Below are positions 25,218 to 38,365 of a DNA stretch of 64,000 nucleotides, in pieces; position 1 is the stretch's first letter, and each line of letters begins with the position of its first letter. The position numbers were made by a program, and so were the translations under genes. Source of the DNA: Tubulanus polymorphus (lineage: Eukaryota > Animalia > Nemertea); NCBI RefSeq assembly GCF_964204645.1, contig NC_134027.1:1334485-1398484 (forward strand), read 5' to 3'. Under the pieces are notes generated by a model. It saw only the letters and a program-made list of their open reading frames with translations. It searched no databases and was not told the DNA's origin.

Positions 25218-26302
25218 ATGAACGTGCTCAATGTTTCGATGACGATCAAACCGACCGTGAGAACTTGGGCAGGCGTATGTGACTGGGCGATCAGTTCTCT
25301 GCCGTACCGATGGGATCTGAAATTCAGTGTTTACATGTATATTTTCTGTTACGGTCCGCTCACAGTTTGCGCTATCGTTCTAAACATCATCACGTTTCAT
25401 GTGTTGAAGAAGATGAACAACGAGGTTTATTACTTGATCCACGTCTTGTCGTTCTTTGATTTAGCGTACTGTACAAGTGTATTCATCATGTATCCTCTAC
25501 GCGCCCTGCACATCTATATACATTTAGGTAGAACGGTATTCCACTATGACGATTGGCATTTCGGTTGGGAATTCATATCAGTAGCTTTTGGACCGTACCA
25601 TATGTTCCAGCAAACTCGAAACTGGTGTGTCGTTCCTATCAGTTTAGAAAGACTTGTTATTACACTTTTCCCGTTAAAATCGCGAATGTTCTGGACTCAA
25701 AAAGTCGTGAATTGTCTCATAACAGTGGTCGTAATGTTTAGTTTCCTTCTGTATTTCCCGCTGTTTTTACCAAAAAGGAGCCTAGGCGCTATCGGATGTG
25801 TTGATGGGCAGTATACCTCCACTTTACGGCGTGAAGCATTCCTTTACTACTTCTGGCGTTCAATATTAGAACGTTGGGGCCGGATAACAACGGAAGAAGT
25901 CGGAACCATACCAACTATCATTTTACCAATGTCTTTATTAATAATTGTAAACGTTGTTTTAATTTTAGCTTTAGTAATTATGAAATTTACTGCCAGGAAA
26001 GATCTATATGAACTGAACGTTCTAATACGTTAGAGTTGAGGGCTTTACGAATGGCTTTAGGTTTAATAGTCGTTTTCGTGTCGTGCGAATCTTTATTATT
26101 CCTAGAAAAAATGCAGTTTCTTCAAAATGTCATACGACTTGTGCCCGATAAGACGGCTGGGTTGATGGTGTTCAGGAAGATCGCCATCTCTCTGACCGTC
26201 GTCGATTCGTGTTTAAATTTCTGCGTTTACTGTTTAATCAATGGTAAATTCAGACTGGCGACTAAACAGTTAGCAATTCGCTGTGTCCGCCGCCGGAAGT
26301 AA
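25218..26302 (+). pseudogene. Intronless class A (rhodopsin-like, FMRFamide/chemoreceptor-type) GPCR with one frameshift in ICL3
   Basis: ORF 25218-26033 covers TM1-5 (LSFFDLAY; SLERL as the DRY equivalent). An overlapping frame continuing to 26302 supplies TM6-7 (LIVVFVSCESL, DSCLNFCVYCLINGKFR). The frame change falls at ~26008-26030. Confidence 0.8.
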
Positions 26303-27710
26303 CTTCCGATGTGGTGGTTTCTTCTGCTAATCAGAGCCATCATTAAAAACCCACAACCAGTAAAACCCCTGTTGTTTGATGATGATTACAACTTGTATCA
26401 TATTTTATATTAATATCCATATTCATATATCGTACTAGTTACCTCCCCTTCTCATCTTTTGTCGTAAAGTTTAAGTTCTTTATTTCGACTTCTTTTTTCT
26501 TTCTTTTTTGTTAAGACTAAGCCAGCGTCACGCAGCCTTTTGGCTTTGCTGGCCATTGTATATTACTGTGTAGATAATTGTATATGATATGTTTATAAAT
26601 ATGAAATTCTATGCAATGCGATTTCGTATTGAATTGTGACGTATTGAATCAATAAATGAATAAAATCACAATATCCATGATCTATATATATATGACGTAA
26701 AAATGATATTTAGACTGAAGAAGGATTGTTGTAACAACTGAAATATTGAAGTAATTCTTAAATAAATTCTTTTTAGTCTATGATTCTATGATATCCTCAA
26801 TAAGTTTGAGATTTTAGGGCGGAGTAAAGTCAGTGTTATATGTATGAATGAAACGGAGATGCGTTTGTTTGGGCTGGGTCTTTGACTGTGTTTCTATCAC
26901 CGTGACCTGGGCTCAGTCAGTCTTAGTGATTGTGGGTAGGAACGCAACTGCACGAATGACAGTCTCCGGTGAGGATTGTAGACGTGAGTCTCTGATGGAT
27001 GTGCTTCCTCACTGTAAATTACGGGTTATAATTCACATTCACTGAGGGTGGGTTTGCCTCGTCGCGTCGCTAATAATAGAGATCTGAACCGAATGACGTC
27101 AGTACTGGATCCACCAATGTTTTATCATAGAAGTGTAAGGTTGCTTTGGTTAGAGGCGAATTTATCGAAAGTACCCCAACTGCACTATCCGACGCATGAA
27201 CTCGTTTTGAAGTATGGTACTCGGCACATTTATCCAGCAATTTTGGGTACTTGGCTGTCCCGGAAGAGCGAGTGGCACTTATTTGCAGTCGTTCGGCCAA
27301 GTTGTTGCAACGAAAATCAACAAAACGCATATATCTCAGAATTGAGTACCCTATACTCGTCAAGTACCGTACCCGGTCCGGAATTAGGCACGTTTCGATA
27401 AATTCGCCATTGATCGAACCTGCCCTCTCGGCAGCTAGGGATTTGAATATGATGGAGCCACCCGCTGTTCCGTGACCAACATTCTGTATTACACTAAACA
27501 CCAAACTACGTGTATCGTAGACTTTTACGAGGAGAACTTCCGGTTAATTGTCAAAATTAAAAAATAAGAAAAACAAACTAATTTCCGCAAGAAAATTTAA
27601 AAAAATCGTCAGAAATCTTCGATTGAAAATGATGTAAGTTCAACATTATCTGAATTTAATGTCTTTTCATTCATTTGCCAGAAATATCTTTAAATATACT
27701 TAGAGTTTAA

Positions 27711-27904
27711 TCACGATAGGTAGAACACAATATCCGTGTTGACGCGATGAGGAGAGAATCCCACAATGATAATAAAAAGTCTTCTAATGAAGATGATATT
27801 CCTGAAGATGACTATTAGGATATGGTCGAAACGTTGAAATAAACTACTATCTCGAAGTTTCATTTTCGGACTTTTTATTATCATTGTGGGATTCTCTCCT
27901 CCTC
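27711..27904. mobile_element. Penelope-like (PLE) pseudo-LTR remnant with inverted end and minimal hammerhead core; 13-bp TSD
   Basis: TSD acttagagtttaa at 27698-27710 and 27905-27917. Core CTGAAGA-t-gactat..atggtc-GAAAcgtt at 27802-27835. Same family as 49093-49349. Confidence 0.75.
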
Positions 27905-28091
27905 ACTTAGAGTTTAAACTTTGTCTGTATTCCCAAATTCAAAATTTCGGCCTTAATTTTTGTTGATGAAAATCTAGAAAAACTCTTCTTTTTTGATAGG
28001 TAATAATTCACTAAGTGAGACCAGACTCAGAGAGAATTGATTCGTTATTGCGCAATAATGCAACTGACCCAACAACAACTATGAATCAAAC

Positions 28092-29937
<1,846 letters not shown>

Positions 29938-30433
29938 CTAAAGTATGAGTAGTCTAGTTGTTGAATTTGGATTGTTACCCTGTGTGAGGATGAAATCTTC
30001 AAAGTTTTAAGGCTGAAAGATGACGAAAAACATTTTGCTGAATGTTAAGAAATACTTAGTATTGCGCGGCAGGCGGTATTTTATGAAATACTGCTTCCTT
30101 CTCTTGTAAATATAAACTCTAAATTCCACTTATCAATTAAATGGGAAATCTTCGATGCTTCTGTGGCAACTGAGTATCCATCAGGTGTCGCTAGTGTGCA
30201 GTAGGACACCATCTTATGGCAAATGAGGATTCATCAGACGTGCTGATAGTTCTAAGTATACTATTCACGCCATCTAGTGGTATAGCTGGTGTCGCGGGTT
30301 ACCCATTAATCATTTCTTGATATCATAAATAATCAAAAAATGCATGTTGCCCATTTTTCAAGTATCTATCAAAGCATGTTTTAAATGTATGAACATATCA
30401 TGAATGGAAAGCAATAGCAAATGTATTATACTA

Positions 30434-30576
30434 CAGTATAACTCGCTTAATTCGGATCGGTTTCATTCCCCTCTAGGTTATCTCTATTCGCATGTGAGAA
30501 CATGAATCGGGTTTCTTTTAATTCGGACACGTCAATTCTCCAGTCCCAGGTGATCTGAATTAAGCGAATTCTACTG
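30434..30576. mobile_element. Tc1/mariner (Tigger-like) MITE with TA TSD
   Basis: ta|cagtataactcgcttaattcggatc ... gatctgaattaagcgaattctactg|ta. Confidence 0.8.
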
Positions 30577-30649
30577 TATTCAGAAAATATGAATACTATA
30601 TATATACATGTTATATCCAAACTAGAAATATGTAAATTTTCAAAGGTAA

Positions 30650-30875
30650 GGCTAAAAAAAATTGATACCTTGTTTCTCCGCTCTGCTGAGCTTAAATGTT
30701 GACCCGGCCGGCCGCCTATCTACCCTATACCGGTACATTACTTTTTTTAAAATCGTGATCAATTTTACCATAACAGACCCGGCCGCTATAGAAATGAACT
30801 GTTTATAAATTTTATCATATTTTACAAAAATGACCCGGCCGCTGCGGAGAAACAAGGTATCATTTTTGTTTAGCC
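30650..30875. mobile_element. MITE with ~30-bp TIRs and TAA TSD (PIF/Harbinger superfamily-like)
   Basis: taa|ggctaaaaaaaattgataccttgtttctccgc ... gcggagaaacaaggtatcatttttgtttagcc|taa. Confidence 0.85.
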
Positions 30876-32872
30876 TAATTTAGTTTGATTTATTCACCAG
30901 TTATTTGTAAGAAAACAATGATTTATAGGATTTAGAATATTGTGTACCATGAACATTCATAAAGTATGTACGCACTCATGGAGATGTATATTACTGAAGT
31001 CATCTCTTTTAATGTATTTCCAACTGAATTTACTGAATGTAAGTCATTTGGATATAAGTCATCAATCAACCTAATAATCATCACAGCTATGATGACTAAT
31101 AGTGAGTTTCACTTCATTAGTTTTCATTAGTTGTCACTTTAATTCTTAACGAAATGTTATATACCGGTTGTGCATTTTGAATCTCGGTTTGTTTTTTTTT
31201 TTTACTTTGTCTTTCTAAACAGATTTATAAAGGTGTTCATTGTATGTAGTATGGCTTAGATTATTTTTCAGTATTTTTAGTTTAATGTATAGTTTATTTT
31301 CATTCGAAGCTGATGAAATGTCTCATTTTTTATTTAATTTCTATTTATATACCGTAGCGAGCTAGCTCATAAAAGTGCACTACAGACAGTTGATGTTTTA
31401 GATTTTGATATTTTTTTAATGATAAGAATTAGTGTTTAGGTAAATTTATGCTTACATATATTTGTATTTTTTGTCACTAGCAATACCTTGTTGACTTACA
31501 CCAGAAATGGGCATCTAATCTGATCAACATTAAGATTATGTCATGTCTTTTAGCGACTTAATCAAATATAAGAGTCAAATGAAACTCACAACTGCGAAAC
31601 CGAGTGCAGAATTTTTCAAAGTTCTCTGTTTAGATTCTGTGGTTAAAACCTATGAAATGAACTGATTTTAACGATTAAAGAGTCGAACTTGAGAATTAGA
31701 ACCAGGTGAAGTTTAGTTACTGAAGTAGTTTATGATGTAGTTTTTATCGTTTACTAGAAGCAATGTGAGAATGTTGATATAATGCAATGATGTTACGTAA
31801 TGTAGTCACGTGTTGAGCGTTTAGAGTCCTAACATGACATCATAAATCATACCTGTTACAACTTATCCCAAGACCTGAACACTACTATTGTAGACTCCGC
31901 TCAAATCAGATCTTCTTCGACCATGAAAATTTCCACCACTTGAGAGCGATATCCAAGTTGGATTGGTCAGAAAAATATTTCAACGAACTCCGCGTTGTTT
32001 TAATCAGACTCGAGCGCAGACCTCAGTTCTTAACCCTTTCTAGAGATTATAGTATCAGTGATTTGTAGAACTAACGCAAACTGTTGCTTGTTGTTAGAGA
32101 CTTACAACTGATTTATTACGATTAAATCATTCCATGATAAATATATTCTCACTCAATGTTGTAAAATATCACGATATTTCGCTCTACTTGTTTTTGAGAA
32201 TTATGAATATTGATTGATACACACTGTATAAGAGGTAAGATATGTAATTACTCACCGATGTGATATAAATTATTATCAAATAATTCAAATATCTGAACAT
32301 TTTGTTCGTTGAGTTTTTCTTTTCTTACGTGTTGATATCAATATGGGATATCGACAAATTGGAGTTCCTGAATTACTCGTTTGGATGGCGCTAGTCAGAA
32401 GCGGAAATTGGAACCTAAATCCTCCATGCTCTAGTTCATTTGCAATGAAAATCTCTCGCTACATGGATGCTGGATGGAAGATCGGTCTGTCTAATGTCGT
32501 CGATAGATAAACTTGAACTGAAACTGGAGCCTTCACGTCGCAAGAGTCCAGGCTGTGACACAACGATTTAACACCAACAGAAAACACCAAACACCTTTTA
32601 TAATTGCATAGAAACAACTTTTATTTACACAATTCATGCATAGCAAATAACTCATAACATTGGCACAGGCACACAGACAGTCCAAGTCTTGGGAATATTT
32701 TCTTGCTTTAATTGTTTTAATTGTGAAGTAAAAAAAAAAAACGATACGAAACTGAACTTGTGAAACTATTGTAAAATATCACAATAAAATCTGTAACTCA
32801 ACTTGCACAACATCGATCAAAATTCAACCATCAGCTGTAACTTTTCCATTATGGATACAAACACTTTCCCAT

Positions 32873-34857
32873 CGACCTCCCCAGCTCCCTCTGACCGTTC
32901 AAACCTCCTACAACCCACCTCCCAGTTCTCTCTGACCTCATTCACTCCCTCTGACCTCCCCAGCACCCTCTGACCGTTCAAACCTCCTACAACCCACCTC
33001 CCAGTTCTCTCTGACCTCATTCACTCCCACTGACCTCCCCAGCTCCCTCTGACCGTTCAAACCTCCTACAACCCACCTCCCAGTTCTCTCTGACCGCATT
33101 CACTCCCTCTGACCTCCCCAGCTCCCTCTGACCGTTCAAACCTCATACAACCCACCTCCCAGTTCTCTCTGACCTCATTCACTCCCACTGACCTCCCCAG
33201 CTCCCTCTGACCGTTCAAACCTCCTACAACCCACCTCCCAGTTCTCTCTGACCTCATTCACTCCCTCTGACCTCCCCAGCTCCCTCTGACCGTTCAAACC
33301 TCCTACAACCCACCTCCCAGTTCCCTCTGACCTCATTCACTCCCTCTGACCTCCCCAGCTCCCTCTGACCGTTCAAACCTCCTACAACCCACCTCCCAGT
33401 TCCCTCTGACCTCATTCACTCCCACTGACCTCCCCAGCTCCCTCTGACCGTTCAAACCTCATACAACCCACCTCCCAGTTCCCTCTGACCTCATTCACTC
33501 CCTCTGACCTCCCCAGCACCCTCTGACCGTTCAAACCTCCTACAACCCACCTCCCAGTTCCCTCTGACCTCATTCACTCCCTCTGACCTCCCCAGCTCCC
33601 TCTGACCGTTCAAACCTCATACAACCCACCTCCCAGTTCCCTCTGACCTCATTCACTCCCACTGACCTCCCCAGCTCCCTCTGACCGTTCAAACCTCCTA
33701 CAACCCACCTCCCAGTTCTCTCTGACCTCATTCACTCCCTCTGACCTCCCCAGCTCCCTCTGACCGTTCAAACCTCATACAACCCACCTCCCAGTTCCCT
33801 CTGACCTCATTCACTCCCTCTGACCTCCCCAGCTCCCTCTGACCGTTCAAACCTCCTACAACCCACCTCCCAGTTCTCTCTGACCTCATTCACTCCCTCT
33901 GACCTCCCCAGCTCCCTCTGACCGTTCAAACCTCCTACAACCCACCTCCCAGTTCTCTCTGACCTCATTCACTCCCTCTGACCTCCTCAGCTCCCTCTGA
34001 CCGTTCAAACCTCCTACAACCCACCTCCCAGTTCCCTCTGACCTCATTCACTCCCTCTGACCTCCCCAGCTCCCTCTGACCGTTCAAACCTCCTACAACC
34101 CACCTCCCAGTTCCCTCTGACCTCATTCACTCCCTCTGACCTCCCCAGCTCCCTCTGACCGTTCAAACCTCCTACAACCCACCTCCCAGTTCTCTCTGAC
34201 CTCATTCACTCCCACTGACCTCCCCAGCTCCCTCTGACCGTTCAAACCTCATACAACCCACCTCCCAGTTCTCTCTGACCTCATTCACTCCCTCTGACCT
34301 CCCCAGCTCCCTCTGACCGTTCAAACCTCCTACAACCCACCTCCCAGTTCTCTCTGACCTCATTCACTCCCTCTGACCTCCCCAGCTCCCTCTGACCGTT
34401 CAAACCTCATACAACCCACCTCCCAGTTCCCTCTGACCTCATTCACTCCCTCTGACCTCCCCAGCTCCCTCTGACCGTTCAAACCTCCTACAACCCACCT
34501 CCCAGTTCTCTCTGACCTCATTCACTCCCTCTGACCTCCCCAGCTCCCTCTGACCGTTCAAACCTCCTACAACCCACCTCCCAGTTCTCTCTGACCTCAT
34601 TCACTCCCTCTGACCTCCCCAGCTCCCTCTGACCGTTCAAACCTCCTACAACCCACCTCCCAGTTCTCTCTGACCTCATTCACTCCCTCTGACCTCCCCA
34701 GCTCCCTCTGACCGTTCAAACCTCATACAACCCACCTCCCAGTTCCCTCTGACCTCATTCACTCCCTCTGACCTCCCCAGCACCCTCTGACCGTTCAAAC
34801 CTCCTACAACCCACCTCCCAGTTCTCTCTGACCTAATTCACTCCCTCTGACCTCCCT
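32873..34857. repeat. C-rich minisatellite, 79-bp unit (four ~20-bp subunits), ~25 copies
   Basis: Unit ctgacctcattcactccct ctgacctccccagctccct ctgaccgttcaaacctccta caacccacctcccagttctct. Confidence 0.97.
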
Positions 34858-35036
34858 GCAACCTTACAACAATCATTAACAGATTAACCTAACAAACTAA
34901 CAAATGAGTAAAACAAATACACTTAGATTCAGATGACGCAGGTGACTGAGGGTGGTGTGTATCACAGATCTATATAGCGGGTTGATCCAGAGAGTCTCTT
35001 GCAACCTCTTGGCCTGAAAAAAAACAACCAGCTATC

Positions 35037-35175
35037 CCACTAGGTGGCAGTGCTAAGGTCTGATATACTTTCGCAGAATTAGTTAATTATTGATTTTATA
35101 GGTCCTAAGGAAGCAATGAAAGATATAGGGGATGTACATTTCAACTCGAGACTGCATACTTGCGCCACCTAGTGG
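35037..35175. promoter_or_regulatory. Pair of oppositely oriented CTCF-like motifs
   Basis: ccactaggtggcag (+, 35037-35050) and gcgccacctagtgg (minus-strand ccactaggtggcgc, 35162-35175) match the CTCF core CCASYAGRKGGCRS. Confidence 0.5.
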
Positions 35176-35321
35176 ATCTTCTATTGCTGCAGTACCACAT
35201 GAGTGCTCCTTTCAGCCTCTGAGTGAATGCTCAGTTGCCGCAGTATATTTGCACGAAACCACTATAGGTTATATAGCTATTTGAAGGTATGATCGATGGA
35301 CTTTGACCTGGATGAGCGAGT

Positions 35322-36731
35322 TTATACCGGTTTAACGATTATTGATATTTTAAACGTATCGGAATCAGCTCCGCACAAATATCTCGATCGGTCGCAGTTT
35401 AATTCTCGATATGGAATCAGATCGTCGATAACGCAACACGAGGAGCTCGAATCGAACGTGCATCGACGCTGTACAACATGACGTACAAACTCCGAACCAG
35501 TCTCAATCCCGCGTCCGTAAATCACCATCACCAGATTCACCGATCGAACCTCATCGCCGTTAGCGACCACTGATATCCGTACGGTCTCGTAGATTGTTTC
35601 GGCGATCTCATAATTGCGGGTGGCGCCGATCATCATACCGGCCGCGAATCGGATTCCTTTCGGGTAGACGTTTACGTTCCAGTCCCAGGATCGTGACGCG
35701 TCGGCGGCAGACGCACTGATCGGCGTCGCAAACATGAATCCACGAACCACGTTCGAATCGAGCTCCGAGAATCGATGAATCATCAGCGTGGCGCACCACA
35801 ACTCGTCCGTGTAGTTGCGCGGTACAAACATGTACTTCGCGGCGCAGCGCCCCCACTTGACCGGCGGCGGAACCGCGTGGAATCGACGCGATTCTTCCAT
35901 CTTCTCCAAGATGTACGATTCGACGCGGTTCTCCGATTCAAGGAGACGTGGAAGACGCCTCGCGGGAATCATCGGAAAACGAATCAACGACGTCAAGCGC
36001 CTTGTCGTCGTGTTCTTGGCGCGGTTGGCGCGTACCCAGCGTTGAACGCCTTCGAACACCGTGAACTCATCACGAACAACGATATTCGAATGCGCCAAAA
36101 ACTCGGCGAGAGAATCAGCATCGAGCGCCAGGAAATCGCTCGACGCCAAAACCGTATCAAAGTTCCACGCCACCGATTTCTTACAAATATCGTGCAATTC
36201 GGCGTGAACGCTAGCGGCGGTATAGCGGTACCAGAGCAACGCCCGATCCGGAGCCACCCGTTCAATCATATATTCGATACAGATCGTAGAAAGATCGGAG
36301 ACTTGGTATTTATCGGCTAACATCAGCATCGGCAGTGCCGAATCGCAGTCCAGGTCGACCCGACCGCTGTATAGGTAACGCAGGAATGAATCGAACGAAT
36401 CACGACAGATCGGATCCTCCTCGAGCGTGATTCGATCGCTCGATGATTCCGACCAATGAGAACGCGGCGTTAACATCGCTTTAAACACAGGACTCGACAG
36501 GGAGAGAATTAGTTTATGAGCGTAGAATATTTGGTCTACTCCGGTGACTGTTAGTTCAATATCGCAGAATTCACGCTCCGCGTAGAGACTTGTTAATTTA
36601 TCAATTATCGCTGAACCATTACATATCGATGTCTGCGGACCGCGGCAGCAGCTGCCGTCCTTGCCGCAGTCCGGGTCCAGTTTTACTCTTCGTCGTTGAT
36701 GCAACAAACAATCTGAACTCGTACAAACCAT
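35322..36731 (-). CDS. BTB/POZ-BACK domain protein (BTBD17-like), single coding exon
   Basis: 469-aa ORF with BTB motifs (FCDIEL, FYAHKLILSLSSPVFKAML, FLRYLYSG, LADKYQV), a BACK domain (NIVVRDEFTVFEGVQRWV, IRFPMI) and PRNYT. Upstream acceptor at ~36749. Confidence 0.92.
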   Translation of the reverse strand: MVCTSSDCLLHQRRRVKLDPDCGKDGSCCRGPQTSICNGSAIIDKLTSLYAEREFCDIELTVTGVDQIFYAHKLILSLSSPVFKAMLTPRSHWSESSSDRITLEEDPICRDSFDSFLRYLYSGRVDLDCDSALPMLMLADKYQVSDLSTICIEYMIERVAPDRALLWYRYTAASVHAELHDICKKSVAWNFDTVLASSDFLALDADSLAEFLAHSNIVVRDEFTVFEGVQRWVRANRAKNTTTRRLTSLIRFPMIPARRLPRLLESENRVESYILEKMEESRRFHAVPPPVKWGRCAAKYMFVPRNYTDELWCATLMIHRFSELDSNVVRGFMFATPISASAADASRSWDWNVNVYPKGIRFAAGMMIGATRNYEIAETIYETVRISVVANGDEVRSVNLVMVIYGRGIETGSEFVRHVVQRRCTFDSSSSCCVIDDLIPYRELNCDRSRYLCGADSDTFKISIIVKPV

Positions 36732-37390
36732 GTTCCGGTCACTCTACTCTGAAAAATTATTCAAACATGAAATAGGCCAAAGGGAATAAAAGTGTAACTC
36801 GTTATTTTAAAGGGATTTCATTAACACTGAAGCTCAAAAGTCTGTTGTTTAGTTTCACGATGGAAGCACATCCGATTATAAAAGCTTACCACCAACGATT
36901 AAGCGTACAACGTTACGACTATGACACTCTCACTGACTGACAGACACTGAGTCTGACAGGTCATAACATGATTCATATTTTTTCCAAACAACATTTTTCA
37001 CAATTCTTACTTGTAAAAATGATCCACACGAAACAGATATTTCTTTATACAATCAGTAAATCAGTTGACATCACCAGAAAACCAACAAAATCATCAGCAA
37101 TATCGCTGTCAAGTCGTTGAATTGTCAGATTGTTTACTTACTTACTTTACTACACAATTATTGAATTGAATTGAATTGGGCAATTGCGCAAGGTCGTCGT
37201 TCGGCTCCATCTCAGGGTGACTCCGAAAATATCCAAGCTTTTCGATCCAAGGACCATCCTCACTTGCCAGAGAACTGTCGCACTATACTATTTGGCTTCA
37301 ACCGTATTACTCGAGGTCGTCGACCAGAGATTTGCAGCGTCCCTGGTTACAAAATTAATCAGGTTCTAACTCAATCTATAATCAGAAATA

Positions 37391-38365
37391 ATGGAAGACG
37401 ATTCAGAATTGAACGAATGGCTCACGAGTTTAGGGAATGTCGTACAGGATAAAACTGGAAATAACAACAACGATGACATCAGTGCCGCTGATGGGCTGAA
37501 ACATAACGTTATCGCTTTATATTTCGGAGCTGATTGGAGCCCACCTTGTTCTAGTTATTGCAAACAATTGAAAGAATCGTTTGATGATCTCGTTGAAAGG
37601 TTAGTTCTAACTCAGGGGCCTTTCCTTTGCTTGGGTCCTAACAACAAACCATAACAATTTGAATACCCTACCGGTACTGCGAGTCCTGACCATTTCAAAG
37701 GGCAAACGTTTGATTGTAAAATGTTCAATTATGAAACTAAACCACACACACAGTCCAGTTACTGACTAATCTATACCTAGATGAATGTTTTTTTTTTCAG
37801 GCTAGCTCCATTGAAAATCATCTACATCACCTGTGATAAAACTGAAGATGAATACAATCGATCTGTGGAAAACCTTCACGAAAACTGGTTTAGAGTTCCT
37901 TTACATAATCCCATTGTTGAGTTAGTATTCTCGGTTCACTATAAACGGGTGCTTGGTCCAGCTTTCTAGTTTAGTATATTACTGTCATTCCCAAACAACC
38001 TTACATCATCTAGTATTCAGACTACTTATGGGTAACGGGTCCAAGATACAAAAATGACCAACTGCTGTTGTGCGTTTATCTAATAGAGAAATGATTGTAT
38101 TTTCAGTGAATTGATCAACAAATATGAAATAATGGCGATACCAAAACTAGTCATCATCAAGGACAACGGTGAATTGATAACGACGCGAGGTCGTAAAGAA
38201 CTTCAAGAGAAAGGAACGTCGGCGTTCAGGAACTGGGCGATTGCTGCAAACCTCTCCGACTGGGAACGCAAGGCCGTTAAACAGAAAACAAACGACGCAA
38301 AACTCGTTTTGAAATCTTTACACGCGCTTAAAAATATCAAATCTCTCGGCGCAAATTTATCCTGA
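37391..38365 (+). CDS. Nucleoredoxin-like (NXNL2/tryparedoxin-type) thioredoxin-fold protein with WSPPC motif
   Basis: Exons 37391-37599, 37801-37920 and 38107-38365 join in frame. Motifs IALYFGADWSPPC, KIIYITCDKTEDEY, NWFRVP and KYEIMAIPKLVIIKDNGELITTRGR. Confidence 0.88.

Noticed and set aside
27070-27504. 144-aa minus-strand ORF
   Set aside because: It has a non-ATG start with an in-frame stop just upstream and no recognisable domain. The region is better explained as structured non-coding sequence.
26770-27530. RNase P/MRP, 7SK or telomerase RNA identity for the structured island
   Set aside because: There are only partial motif look-alikes (aaagtcta/tagact, gatc pairs). No CCCTAA template was found, the spacing is wrong for P4 and there is no Pol III terminator at the expected place.
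35608-36320. Overlapping ORFs within the BTB gene
   Set aside because: They are shadow ORFs of a GC-rich coding exon.
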